DNA of 36,577 nt from Candidatus Aminicenantaceae bacterium (GCA_049674205.1 JBATYS010000346.1:1-36577), one strand, 5' to 3'; positions 8,918 to 20,326 are shown, counted from the first letter of the stretch. Numbers and translations are program-made. The notes: generated by a model not told the origin, from the sequence alone.

Positions 8918-10537
8918 TTGCCATCAGATAGAGACGAGCAAAAAAGCGAAATCCATCAGCTGATATCTAAGGGAAGAAAACAAGGGTATTTGCTGTTTGA
9001 TGAAATCGACAAAACTTTCCAGGATGACTCTGAGAGCCAACAAGTTTTTGATGAATTTCTCAGCTCGATGGATGATTATGGAATTAAGATCCTCGATAAG
9101 CAGAGGGAGGTCGTCCCTAAAAGAAGAAAAAGTGATGTCGTATCCCTCGAGGGACTGGAGCGTACAACTGATCCAGTAAAGCTCTACCTTAGGGAGATGG
9201 GAAACATTTCTCTCTTAACACGGGAGGGAGAAATCGCCATTGCAAAAGAGATAGAGCGGGGCGAAAAATCCATAATCAAAGCTCTGTCAAAAACACGGCT
9301 TGTGCTCAACGAAGTTATCTCTCTCGAGGACAGGATGGACGAAGATCCGGACGTCCTGCAAGAGATGTTTGATTTTACCGAAGAAGAACTTTCTGAAGAA
9401 AAATATGAGATCAAGAAAAAACAGATTTTGGATAAGGTTAAGGAAATCTATGAGATCAGCAGCGAACTGGAAAAAATCCCCAATCTAAAAAAATATGCAT
9501 TTGCGAGAGGTCGCTTAATCGTCGAAATAAGCGGGCTCATCCGCGAGCTCAATATCCGCCCCCTCCACCGGGAGATCATCATTATAGAGCTCCGAAGCAG
9601 ACTAAAAACCATCAATGAGTTAGAGGAAGCCAGAGAAGACTTAAAAGTCTCAATAAGCCACACCAGAAGCAAAAAGAAAGAGGCGGAATACAAGAAAAAG
9701 ATCAATGAGATCATTAAGATCATACGGAGCTATCAAAAAGAGATCGCTCTCGATTCTCAGGGATTGCGAAGAATCCTGCGCTCCATAACCACTGGCAAAA
9801 AGATCAGCGATCAAGCGAAAAAAGAGCTTGTCGCAGCCAACCTCAGGCTCGTGGTATCGATCGCTAAAAAATACAGTAACCGCGGACTCCAATTTCTCGA
9901 TTTGATCCAGGAAGGAAACATGGGTTTGATGAAGGCAGTGGATAAATTCGAATACCGAAGAGGATACAAGTTTTCCACATACGCCACATGGTGGATACGG
10001 CAAGCCATAACCCGTGCCATTGCCGACCAGGCTAGGACGATCCGGATTCCTGTGCACATGATCGAAACCATCAATAAATTGATCCGTGTTTCGCGAAGTC
10101 TCGTACAGGAGATCGGACGTGAGCCGACCTCTGAGGAGATCTCGAAGAAAATGGATATGCCGATCAGCAAGGTCAGGAAGATCATAAAGATCGCTCAAGA
10201 GCCGATATCCCTCGAGACTCCTATCGGTGAAGAGGAAGATAGCCATCTGGGTGATTTCATCGAGGATAAGATCATGCCTTCCCCTCCTGATACGATCATT
10301 CACATCAACCTCAGAGAACAGATCGAGGAAGCCCTAAAAACTCTGACTGAAAGGGAGGCGAAGGTTTTAAAAATGAGGTTTGGCTTGGGTGATGGCAACG
10401 AACATACACTCGAAGAAGTTGGACAACAGTTCAAGGTCACTCGTGAAAGGATCCGGCAGATCGAAGCCAAAGCCTTGAGAAAACTCAAACATCCGAGCAG
10501 AAGCCGAAAGCTCAAATCATTCACCAACGGTCAATAA
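8918..10537 (+). CDS. rpoD: RNA polymerase primary sigma factor (sigma70)
   Basis: 539 aa with a TTG start preceded by AGAGGAG. Region 2 reads [54 protein letters not shown]. Region 4.2 reads [30 protein letters not shown]. Confidence 0.95.
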   Translation: MPSDRDEQKSEIHQLISKGRKQGYLLFDEIDKTFQDDSESQQVFDEFLSSMDDYGIKILDKQREVVPKRRKSDVVSLEGLERTTDPVKLYLREMGNISLLTREGEIAIAKEIERGEKSIIKALSKTRLVLNEVISLEDRMDEDPDVLQEMFDFTEEELSEEKYEIKKKQILDKVKEIYEISSELEKIPNLKKYAFARGRLIVEISGLIRELNIRPLHREIIIIELRSRLKTINELEEAREDLKVSISHTRSKKKEAEYKKKINEIIKIIRSYQKEIALDSQGLRRILRSITTGKKISDQAKKELVAANLRLVVSIAKKYSNRGLQFLDLIQEGNMGLMKAVDKFEYRRGYKFSTYATWWIRQAITRAIADQARTIRIPVHMIETINKLIRVSRSLVQEIGREPTSEEISKKMDMPISKVRKIIKIAQEPISLETPIGEEEDSHLGDFIEDKIMPSPPDTIIHINLREQIEEALKTLTEREAKVLKMRFGLGDGNEHTLEEVGQQFKVTRERIRQIEAKALRKLKHPSRSRKLKSFTNGQ

Positions 10538-10560
10538 CCCCCCCAACTAATCCACCGAAA

Positions 10561-10876
10561 GATGGATTATTCACGAGTTGAGGCCAACCCACCCATCTTA
10601 ATGATGAATTATTGACGGACCAAGGTTGCAGTAGCGGCTAGGAAGTGACTCATGAAGTTGTAGTGAACTACTACGGATGAGTTACGACGAAGCCGATGCT
10701 GTGAGATTGGTGGGTTAGGTCGGGTCGGCGCCCGAAGGGTAAAAAATTTCGATGATAAGTAAATGCAACTATCTCGAAGAAAAGGGGAAATCTTGAATGA
10801 ATGAGAATCTATCGATTGCAACTCTTGAAAGAGAAAATTAAATAGGGCATCGAAATTTTTTTATAAATAATTCATC
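10561..10876 (+). repeat. Intergenic element, copy A (long form, 316 bp)
   Basis: The left end GATGGATTATTCACGAGTTGAGGCCAACCCACCC matches copy B at 33 of 34 positions. A gap-free 97-nt core (10651-10747) matches B 22810-22906 at 74 of 97 positions by hand alignment. The right end TATAAATAATTCATC is inverted relative to the left end. Frame-shifting indels between copies argue against coding. Confidence 0.7.
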
Positions 10877-10879
10877 AAA

Positions 10880-10908
10880 TTGACTTGAGATATAAGATTT
10901 GATATAAG
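10880..10908 (+). promoter_or_regulatory. Sigma70-type promoter for tRNA-Met and the downstream zinc-ribbon gene
   Basis: TTGACT (10880-10885), a 17-nt spacer, then TATAAG (10903-10908). The predicted start falls a few nt before the tRNA 5' end at 10918. Confidence 0.5.
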
Positions 10909-10917
10909 TGCATAGCA

Positions 10918-10989
10918 GGGCCTATAGCTCAGCGGTAGAGCCACCGGCTCATAACCGGTTAGTCCCAGGTTCGAATCCTGGTAGGCCCA
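10918..10989 (+). tRNA. tRNA with CAT anticodon (elongator Met, or Ile2 if lysidine-modified)
   Basis: Hand-folded cloverleaf: GGGCCTA/TAGGCCC acceptor, GCTC-AGCGGTA-GAGC D arm, ACCGG-CTCATAA-CCGGT anticodon arm, CCAGG-TTCGAAT-CCTGG T arm and discriminator A. No CCA is encoded. The G1-C72 pair argues against an initiator tRNA. Confidence 0.9.
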
Positions 10990-11009
10990 CTTTTACCAGA
11001 GGAAAAGAT

Positions 11010-11723
11010 GTGGATATCGACTTTGACAAACTAATCAACCTACAAAATCTAGATGAAGAAATAAGACAAACCACTCTTATCCTTGAGAAGATCCCCCTCC
11101 AACTGAAAGACATCGATAAAAATATCGAAACTCAATTCCAAGCAGTTACTCAAGCCAAAGACAAACTCACCCAAAACCAAAAACGCCGACGCACGATTGA
11201 AGCGGAAATCCAGGATATCAAAGCGTATATTGATAAATACAAACATCAATTAGGTGGAGTGAAAACTAATAAAGAGTACAGCGCACTCCTGAAAGAGATC
11301 GAGGACGTACAATCCAAGATCGACAAAAGAGAAGAAGATATCATCAGCGAGATGCTCAATGCCGATGACATCGGCGAGGAGATCCGGAAAGCGGAATCAA
11401 AAGCAAACGATGCCAAAGAAAAACTCAGCAAAGATAAAGACGCACTTATCCTGAAAAGTAAGGAATTAGAAGAAAGGAATATAGAGCTCACACAAAAAAA
11501 AGAGGCCCTGATCCCACAGATCCCTAAAGAACAGTCCAAGCTTTATTTGGAGATATTCAAGAATAGAAATGGAATCCCGCTATCTCCTGTAACCGATGAT
11601 TTTTGTTCGATGTGCCAAATCCGTATTCGACCACAGGTGCTGAACGAGCTAAAAGCCGAAACCCAGATCATTCTCTGTGAAAACTGTGGCCGGATCCTCT
11701 ATATAGAGAAAAAATCCTCCTAA
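11010..11723 (+). CDS. Coiled-coil protein with C-terminal C4 zinc ribbon (COG1579/DUF164-like)
   Basis: The ORF-track start at 10908 runs through the tRNA. The first plausible in-frame start after the tRNA is GTG 11010, with AGAGGA 6 nt upstream. The protein has a long Lys/Glu-rich coiled coil and then CSMCQIRIRPQ...CENCGRILY. Confidence 0.75.
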   Translation: MDIDFDKLINLQNLDEEIRQTTLILEKIPLQLKDIDKNIETQFQAVTQAKDKLTQNQKRRRTIEAEIQDIKAYIDKYKHQLGGVKTNKEYSALLKEIEDVQSKIDKREEDIISEMLNADDIGEEIRKAESKANDAKEKLSKDKDALILKSKELEERNIELTQKKEALIPQIPKEQSKLYLEIFKNRNGIPLSPVTDDFCSMCQIRIRPQVLNELKAETQIILCENCGRILYIEKKSS

Positions 11724-11724
11724 T

Positions 11725-13503
11725 TCATTCTTGGTAGAGACTGTCGATAATACTTCTGTATTTCTGCTCAATGATGTTTCTCTTGACTTTGAGAGTCGGT
11801 GTTATCTCCCCCTTTTCGATCTCGAATTCCCTATCCAATAAAGCCACTTTCTTCACTTTTTCGTAGGATGCCAATCCTGGTGTTGCCCTGTTGATCTCGG
11901 ACTCGATAAAATTCAAGATCTTATCATTTTTGACCAGATCGCCATAATCACTGTAACTGATGTTGTTCGCGTCTGCATATTCCACCAATTTCTCGAAATT
12001 CGGTACTACCAATGCAGAGATAAATTTCCGCTTGTCTCCGATAATAACCGCGTTAGAGACATAAAGATTTGTTTTTATGATATTCTCTATGGGCTGAGGT
12101 GCCACATTCTTTCCGCCTGCCGTAACGATGATATCTTTCTTCCTGTCCGTGATAGTGACAAATCCTTCTTCATCCAAAAACCCTACATCTCCCGTGTAGA
12201 ACCAACCGTCTTTAATAGCTTCTTGGGTTTCAGCCTCCATTTTGTAATACCCCTTCATGACATGGGGTCCCTTCGTCAAGATCTCCCCATCTTCGGCAAT
12301 CTTCACCTCTACTCCAGGGATAGGCTTCCCCACGCTTCCGAATTTTATATCTTCAAGAGTGTTCACTGCAATGACAGGAGAAGTTTCTGTCAATCCATAT
12401 CCTTCTAGAATGTTCAGTCCCATCGCATAGAAAAACTCGGCAATATCTTTAGAAAGAGGTGCCCCACCCGAAACAAAGAAGCGAACTCTGCCTCCGGTCT
12501 TCTCGATTATTTTAGAGAAGACAAGCTTGTGAGCAAGATTCTTTTTGAACTGAAGAGAACCAGATATCGGCTTATTGAGGATTATTTTTCTCCCATACTC
12601 CTTCCCAATTCTGGCAGCCCAGAAAAAGATCTTCCGCTTCAAAGAAGAGCTGGCAAGAACATTATCCATGACCTTGGCGTAAATCTTTTCGAACACACGA
12701 GGCACACTGACCATGATCTGCGGGCGTATCTCCAACAAATTTTCCGCTACCGTTTCAATACTCTCTGCGTACCCTATGGAGCATCCTTTACAGAGATAAG
12801 CAAAGGTGACCATCCGTTCCAAGACATGGGACAAAGGCAAAAATGAAAGAACTGTATCTTTTTGGGTGAATTCGATGATCGTTGTTACGGCTTCGACATT
12901 ACTCACAAAATTGCTGTGCATCAGCATGACGCCCTTGGGTGCGCCTGTTGTCCCTGATGTATAGATGATCGAGGCGACATCATCAGGTTTCACTTTTAGC
13001 GCAAGCTCCTCAAAAAGATCGGGCTGTTCCTTTGCAAGCCTCTCTCCCCGCTTCTGAACGTCCGCAAAAGTCAAAGTGCCCTCAGGCCCATCAGCTTGAC
13101 ATGTGATATAGTGTTCCACTTTTATGAGATCTGATTGGATGGCTTTGATTTTTTCCCACATTTCATCGTCTGAGAACACAACCACCTTTGCGTCTGAGTT
13201 ATCGATGATGTATTTGATCTGCTCTGGAACTAGCGATGTGTAGATAGGAACTGTTACTCCGCCCAGACACAAATTCGCCATATCCGTCATCACCCATTCA
13301 GGCCTGTTCTCAGAGAGTATGATCAGTTTATCCCCTGCTTCATAACTCAGGTCTCTCAAGCCGAGAGCAAAGTGTTTCACCTGCGTTGCGAACTCGTCTG
13401 TTGAGATAGGCGTGAAACTCCCATCCTTTTTGTAAAGCATCAGATCGTCTTTCGGGTAAGATTTAATCGTGTTGAGAAAAAGCTGACTTAAAGTTTCGGC
13501 CAT
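11725..13503 (-). CDS. Long-chain-fatty-acid--CoA ligase (AMP-forming)
   Basis: It carries the AMP-binding motif IIYTSGTTGAPKGV, plus GYGLTETS and a C-terminal GEITPTLKVKR. I prefer ATG 13503 (GGAGGG 4 nt upstream, MAETLSQ...) over the TTG at 13515 in the ORF track. Confidence 0.85.
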   Translation of the reverse strand: MAETLSQLFLNTIKSYPKDDLMLYKKDGSFTPISTDEFATQVKHFALGLRDLSYEAGDKLIILSENRPEWVMTDMANLCLGGVTVPIYTSLVPEQIKYIIDNSDAKVVVFSDDEMWEKIKAIQSDLIKVEHYITCQADGPEGTLTFADVQKRGERLAKEQPDLFEELALKVKPDDVASIIYTSGTTGAPKGVMLMHSNFVSNVEAVTTIIEFTQKDTVLSFLPLSHVLERMVTFAYLCKGCSIGYAESIETVAENLLEIRPQIMVSVPRVFEKIYAKVMDNVLASSSLKRKIFFWAARIGKEYGRKIILNKPISGSLQFKKNLAHKLVFSKIIEKTGGRVRFFVSGGAPLSKDIAEFFYAMGLNILEGYGLTETSPVIAVNTLEDIKFGSVGKPIPGVEVKIAEDGEILTKGPHVMKGYYKMEAETQEAIKDGWFYTGDVGFLDEEGFVTITDRKKDIIVTAGGKNVAPQPIENIIKTNLYVSNAVIIGDKRKFISALVVPNFEKLVEYADANNISYSDYGDLVKNDKILNFIESEINRATPGLASYEKVKKVALLDREFEIEKGEITPTLKVKRNIIEQKYRSIIDSLYQE

Positions 13504-13589
13504 AATACCCTCCAATTAAACAGTTGGGTAAATTCTATTGGTATTGGTTCCTTAAAGTCAAGCCTAGTCGATCTTTTATGGGGATTTCA

Positions 13590-13654
13590 ATTTCTGTAAT
13601 GTAGGGAGCTTTTCCCAAAAGGTCCGTTAGGATGGAATACAATGTAGGGAGCGG
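13590..13654 (+). repeat. Palindromic REP-like element (ATGTAGGG...CCCTACAT), copy 1; probable gyrA terminator hairpin
   Basis: ATGTAGGGAGCTTTTCCCAAAAGGTCCGTT matches the reverse complement of 18878-18907 at 26 of 30 positions. It ends in the hairpin ATGTAGGG-AGCGGA-CCCTACAT (13633-13654). It lies 49 nt downstream of the gyrA stop. A tandem CTACATGAAAA x2 follows. Confidence 0.55.
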
Positions 13655-13703
13655 ACCCTACATGAAAACCTACATGAAAAGAAGTAGATTAAAAGCGATA
13701 GAA

Positions 13704-16157
13704 CTAAGATTCCAGGACTTTAGCGATTGAGACGACCTTATCTCCATTTACAAGATTAATAATCCTGACTCCCTGAGTTGCCCTGCCTATAGGCCGGAGT
13801 TTCTCGGTCTTAAAACGAATGACCTTTCCCATCTCGGTGATCAAAAGAATCTCTTCTTCAGAAATCCCAACCATTCCGATGGCCTTCCCGATCTTTTTAT
13901 TGGTCTTCAGGTTGATAACACCTTTGCCGCCCCTATGGTGGAGGGAATAGAAGCTGGTGTCAGTCTTTTTACCATATCCCTTCTCGCTCGCTGTGAAAGC
14001 ATATTTTTGTTTCTCTCCGATAACCAACATCCCGACGATCTGGTCTTTCGGGTTGAGCGTGATCCCCTTCACTCCCGCGGCCTGCCGGCCCATGGGCCGG
14101 ATCTCGCTTTCTTTGAACTTGATGGCCTTACCCAGTTTTGTACCGATAATGATCTCTTTCGTGCCATCTGTGAGTTTCGCCTCCAACAGTTCGACTTTTG
14201 AATTCAGGGTGATTGCAAGAATGCCTCCCTTTCGAATATTCTTGAAATCGCTGAGGCGAGTTTTCTTGATCCTTCCATTCGAACTAAGCATCATCACATA
14301 AAGATCTTCTGCAAACTCTTTGACAGCCACTACTGAACTCACTCGTTCATTCGGATCGAGCTGGACAAGGTTTTGAATAGACTTCCCTCGACTCGCAACG
14401 CCCACATCTGGGATGTACAAAGCCTTCAGCCAGTGGAGCCGACCCAAGTTGGTGAAAATGAGCATGTAGCTGTGCGTGGAACAGATAAAGAGGTCCTGGA
14501 TCACATCCTCAGCTTTCATGCTCATCCCTCTTTTCCCTTTCCCCCCGCGAGTTTGGAACCGAAAATTGTTCAAAGATGTCCGTTTGATATATCCAGAGGA
14601 TGTATAGGTGATGGCCACATCTTCTTCCTTGATCAAGTCTTCGGCAGAGATATCTGTAATGCTTTCCTCTACGATCTCTGTTCGTCTCGGATCATTGTAA
14701 TCCGTTTTTATCTGTTTCAATTCGTCCACGATGATGTCAAGGATCAGTTGCTCGCTTTTTAGGATTTTTCTCAACTTTGCGATGAGTTTCTTCAGCTCTT
14801 TGTATTCCTGGACGATCTTTTCTCGTTCCAGTCGTGTCAACTTCTGTAACTGCATCTCCAGGATGGCCTGAGCCTGGATTCTTGACAGGCAAAAGTTAGT
14901 GATCAAACCGTTCCTCGCCTCGTCCACACTCCTTGATGCTCGAATGAGAGTAATGATCTCATCCAAATGATCCAGAGCAATGGTCAATCCTTCGAGAATG
15001 TGTGCTCTAAGCTCTGCCCTTTTCAACTCGAAGCGCGTCCGGCGGCGCACCACATCCTGGCGGTGAGAGATGAAATAGCGCATCACATCTATCAAGCTCA
15101 ACACTTTGGGCTGTTTCTCTACGATCGCCAAAAGGATAATCCCGAAAGATGTCTGAAGAGATGTGTGTTTGTACAGATTGTTCAGGACGACCTCTGGCAA
15201 TTCTCCCCTCTTGACCTCAATAACGGCGCGCATGCCTTCCCTGTCGGACTCATCCCTGATATCTGCAATACCTTCGATCTTTTTGGCGTTCACTAGGGAT
15301 GCGACGTTTTCCAAAAGCCTGGCCTTGTTCACCTGATAGGGGAGCTCTGTGATCACGATTCGATCCCTCTCCCCCGTGGCTCCCCGCTCGATCATAGCTT
15401 TGGCCCGCAGGTTTATGATCCCCCTTCCGGTTTCGTATGCACTCTTTATCCCTTCTAACCCAAATACAAACCCCCCGGTGGGAAAATCCGGTCCGGGGAC
15501 AAACTGCATGAGCTTCGCTAATTTTGCGTTGGGATTTTTGATCAAGTGGATAATGCCATCTATGACCTCTCCCAAATTATGAGGCGGGATGTTTGTCGCC
15601 ATACCAACGGCAATACCGGATCCCCCATTGACGAGCAAATTCGGGATCTTAGCTGGGAGGACTTCGGGCATCTTGAGGCTTTCGTCATAATTTGGAACAA
15701 AATTAACAGTATCTTTGTCCAGGTCTGCAAGCAGCTCCTGAGCAAATTTTTTCATCCTGATCTCGGTATAACGCATGGCCGCAGGAGGGTCGCCATCGAC
15801 GGAGCCAAAATTGCCCTGACCATCTACCAGGGGATAACGAAGGCTGAAGTCTTGGGCCATGCGTACGATTGTGTCGTACACAGCCACATCTCCATGCGGA
15901 TGATATTTTCCAATGACATCTCCGACGATTCGGGCGGATTTTTTATATGGCTTGTTCCATGTATTTCCTGCGTCATGCATGGCGAAGAGAGTCCGTCGAT
16001 GAACAGGCTTCAATCCATCCTTGATATCGGGGATGGCACGTCCGATAATGACACTCATCGCATAATCCAGATAGGATTTTTTCATCTCTTTTTCAACACT
16101 GACGACAGAGATGTTGCTGCTCATCAATCCGTTTTTTGTAGAATTGGAATTTTTCAT
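13704..16157 (-). CDS. gyrA: DNA gyrase subunit A
   Basis: 817 aa. It has the active-site region [14 protein letters not shown], the GyrA-box [10 protein letters not shown] and C-terminal beta-pinwheel repeats. It starts 9 nt after the gyrB stop. Confidence 0.95.
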   Translation of the reverse strand: MKNSNSTKNGLMSSNISVVSVEKEMKKSYLDYAMSVIIGRAIPDIKDGLKPVHRRTLFAMHDAGNTWNKPYKKSARIVGDVIGKYHPHGDVAVYDTIVRMAQDFSLRYPLVDGQGNFGSVDGDPPAAMRYTEIRMKKFAQELLADLDKDTVNFVPNYDESLKMPEVLPAKIPNLLVNGGSGIAVGMATNIPPHNLGEVIDGIIHLIKNPNAKLAKLMQFVPGPDFPTGGFVFGLEGIKSAYETGRGIINLRAKAMIERGATGERDRIVITELPYQVNKARLLENVASLVNAKKIEGIADIRDESDREGMRAVIEVKRGELPEVVLNNLYKHTSLQTSFGIILLAIVEKQPKVLSLIDVMRYFISHRQDVVRRRTRFELKRAELRAHILEGLTIALDHLDEIITLIRASRSVDEARNGLITNFCLSRIQAQAILEMQLQKLTRLEREKIVQEYKELKKLIAKLRKILKSEQLILDIIVDELKQIKTDYNDPRRTEIVEESITDISAEDLIKEEDVAITYTSSGYIKRTSLNNFRFQTRGGKGKRGMSMKAEDVIQDLFICSTHSYMLIFTNLGRLHWLKALYIPDVGVASRGKSIQNLVQLDPNERVSSVVAVKEFAEDLYVMMLSSNGRIKKTRLSDFKNIRKGGILAITLNSKVELLEAKLTDGTKEIIIGTKLGKAIKFKESEIRPMGRQAAGVKGITLNPKDQIVGMLVIGEKQKYAFTASEKGYGKKTDTSFYSLHHRGGKGVINLKTNKKIGKAIGMVGISEEEILLITEMGKVIRFKTEKLRPIGRATQGVRIINLVNGDKVVSIAKVLES

Positions 16158-16166
16158 AGTATCTCT

Positions 16167-18596
<2,430 letters not shown>

Positions 18597-18632
18597 TCAC
18601 ATAACCCAATAGGCATTATTTTTTAGATGTTA

Positions 18633-18661
18633 ATTATATCATTATATGGGGAAAATAGCAA
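18633..18661 (-). promoter_or_regulatory. Sigma70-type promoter for gyrBA
   Basis: On the minus strand: TTGCTA (18656-18661), a 17-nt spacer, then TATAAT (18633-18638). This implies a 5' UTR of about 75 nt. Confidence 0.4.
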
Positions 18662-18858
18662 AGAAAATTCAAATAAAATACTTTTTTTTTGCTAGAAAAA
18701 AGCATTGAAATCCCGCATATTCTTGAGATGAAAAAATTGCGCCAAACAACTTGCAAAATCTGCATGTTTTCCACTCTTTATTTTGAAAATATCAGCGTAT
18801 TGGATTAACGAATGAATTGCTTATAAATTCTCAATATAAAACAAAGCCAGTTCTTTTT

Positions 18859-18907
18859 ATGTAGGGTCCGTTCCCCGAACGGACTGTTTGGGAAACGGTC
18901 CCTACAT
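18859..18907 (-). repeat. Palindromic REP-like element, copy 2 (inverted relative to copy 1)
   Basis: The sequence is ATGTAGGGTCCGTTCCCCGAACGGACTGTTTGGGAAACGGTCCCTACAT. Its termini ATGTAGGGTCCGTT and AACGGTCCCTACAT are inverted, and it has an internal GTCCGTTC-CCC-GAACGGAC hairpin. It lies about 310 nt upstream of gyrB. Confidence 0.55.
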
Positions 18908-19022
18908 TTAAAATGGGAGAGCCTCCGTGCTGTCCTGAAATACGTTTTCGAAATCACTAATTGGAACACTCGGAATGTCATTCATCACAGGTTTGGATAC
19001 GCTTCCTATCCTATTGGAATTT

Positions 19023-19051
19023 TTGAAATCTAAAATGAGTTTAGATATAAT
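19023..19051 (+). promoter_or_regulatory. Sigma70-type promoter for the GTPase gene
   Basis: TTGAAA (19023-19028), a 17-nt spacer, then TATAAT (19046-19051). The GAGGAAGAGAGAAG RBS region and ATG 19077 follow. Confidence 0.45.
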
Positions 19052-19076
19052 GTAGAGGAAGAGAGAAGTAAAAAAT

Positions 19077-20066
19077 ATGCCAGCCAATTTGCCTCCCCAG
19101 TACTTAGAAAAGGAGAAGGGATTAAAGACAGCGAGGACTGCGGGAGAGAAGATTGCGATCATGGAAGAACTCCTATCGATCATTCCCAAACATAAAGGCA
19201 CAGAAAAACTTCAAGCACTCTACAAAACAAAAATCTCTAAACTCAGGGAACAGTCTCAAAAAAAGGCAGCCGTTTCCCGGCATGGACCGACATTGCATGT
19301 CGATAGAGCCGGAGCAGGCCAAGTCATACTAACCGGTCTTCCAAATTCAGGAAAATCCTCTCTGATTAAAGCCCTTACCAATGCCAATCCCGATATCGGA
19401 AACTATCCTTTTACGACCCATGCTCCCTCGCCAGCAATGATGATGTATGAGAATATTCAGATCCAGTTGATCGATGCTCCACCCATAACTCCGGAGTATT
19501 TTGAACCATGGCTGGCAGAGCTCATAAAAAGCGCAGACGCAGTTTTGCTCTTGATGGACCTGGGAAGCCAAAATCCTGTGAGTGATCTGAACAAAATCAC
19601 AGAAAAACTCAAAGAAAAAAACATAGAACTTGTGCCTGAAGAGCAGGACATCAGCCCCGAAAAACAGTTTTTTTTGAAACGGACCCTTGTCATTGCCAAC
19701 AAAACAGACCTCCCTGGTTCTGAGGCAAACCTAACTGTGTTGAAAAGCAATCTAGATCCTGCGTATAACCTGATCACAATCTCTGCATTAGAGGAATTTG
19801 GACTCGAAGAACTGAGGAAAAGGATATTTGCCTTACTCAAGGTTGTCCGGGTGTACAGCAAGATGCCCGGGAAAAAAGTGGATAAGACTGACCCATACGT
19901 GTTCCCTATCGGAGATACGATGATGGACATGGCAAAAACAGTTCACAAAGACTTCTCACAAAAACTTAAATTTGCCAGGATATGGGGACAGGGCAAATAT
20001 CATGGCCAAAAGGTCAATCACGATTACGTTCTCCAAGACGAAGACATCATCGAACTTCACATTTGA
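19077..20066 (+). CDS. OBG-class GTPase of the DRG/Rbg type with C-terminal TGS domain
   Basis: 329 aa. It has a helical N-terminal region as in DRG proteins, G1 GLPNSGKSS, G4 NKTD, G5 SAL and a C-terminal TGS-like domain (VRVYSKMPGKK...IIELHI). The G3 position reads DAPP instead of DxxG. Confidence 0.8.
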   Translation: MPANLPPQYLEKEKGLKTARTAGEKIAIMEELLSIIPKHKGTEKLQALYKTKISKLREQSQKKAAVSRHGPTLHVDRAGAGQVILTGLPNSGKSSLIKALTNANPDIGNYPFTTHAPSPAMMMYENIQIQLIDAPPITPEYFEPWLAELIKSADAVLLLMDLGSQNPVSDLNKITEKLKEKNIELVPEEQDISPEKQFFLKRTLVIANKTDLPGSEANLTVLKSNLDPAYNLITISALEEFGLEELRKRIFALLKVVRVYSKMPGKKVDKTDPYVFPIGDTMMDMAKTVHKDFSQKLKFARIWGQGKYHGQKVNHDYVLQDEDIIELHI

Positions 20067-20197
20067 CGGGATAGACTGGAGAGGAGAGCCCCCCCTCATG
20101 CTGCTGCGACTGGAACCCTACCTTTTTCTTGAATCGCATATAGAATTTATGCTCAATTGAAGAAAAGTCAAGGTCATTCCCCTGATTTGATGCATTT

Positions 20198-20222
20198 TGT
20201 CGTATTATGTCGCTTAATGTCG
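20198..20222 (+). repeat. Three TGTCG repeats at exact 10-bp spacing
   Basis: TGTCG occurs at 20198, 20208 and 20218 (TTTGTCGTA / TTATGTCGCT / TAATGTCGCA), immediately beside the solo element end and 30 nt from the tRNA-Pro 3' end. Confidence 0.35.
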
Positions 20223-20226
20223 CATT

Positions 20227-20249
20227 TTTTATGAATAATCCAGGAAAAT
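20227..20249 (+). repeat. Solo right-end module of the intergenic element family
   Basis: TTTTATGAATAATCCAGGAAAAT is identical over 23 nt to the reverse complement of 28716-28738 (the end of copy C). No element body is recognisable next to it. It abuts the tRNA-Pro 3' end at 20252. Confidence 0.55.
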
Positions 20250-20251
20250 AA

Positions 20252-20326
20252 TCGGGGCGGTGGGATTTGAACCCACGACCCCAGCGTCCCGAACGCTGTG
20301 CGCTACCCGGACTGCGCTACGCCCCG
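20252..20326 (-). tRNA. tRNA-Pro (CGG)
   Basis: Hand-folded on the reverse complement: CGGGGCG/CGCCCCG acceptor, GCGC-AGTCCGGGTA-GCGC D arm, CAGCG-TTCGGGA-CGCTG anticodon arm, GTGGG-TTCAAAT-CCCAC T arm and discriminator A. No CCA is encoded. Confidence 0.92.

Noticed and set aside
10609-10821. A 70-aa minus-strand ORF inside element A. It shares peptide similarity (FTLRAPTRPNPPIS versus FTLRALTQHNPPIS) with the 92-aa ORF at 22756-23034 inside element B.
   Set aside because: The similarity reflects nucleotide conservation of the repeat. Single-base indels between copies A, B and C shift the frame (for example ...RMGWVGLDS* in B versus ...KMGGLASTRE* in A). There is no RBS, and the stops fall at different places. 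I treat it as non-coding.
10908-11009. The N-terminal extension of the 271-aa ORF (MHSRAYSSAVEPPAHNRLVPGSNPGRPT...).
   Set aside because: This stretch is the tRNA-Met gene read as protein. The real CDS most likely starts at GTG 11010.
18908-19201. A 97-aa minus-strand ORF overlapping the GTPase promoter and start.
   Set aside because: It overlaps the GTPase CDS by 125 nt, has no RBS, and has no recognisable domain. It is probably spurious.
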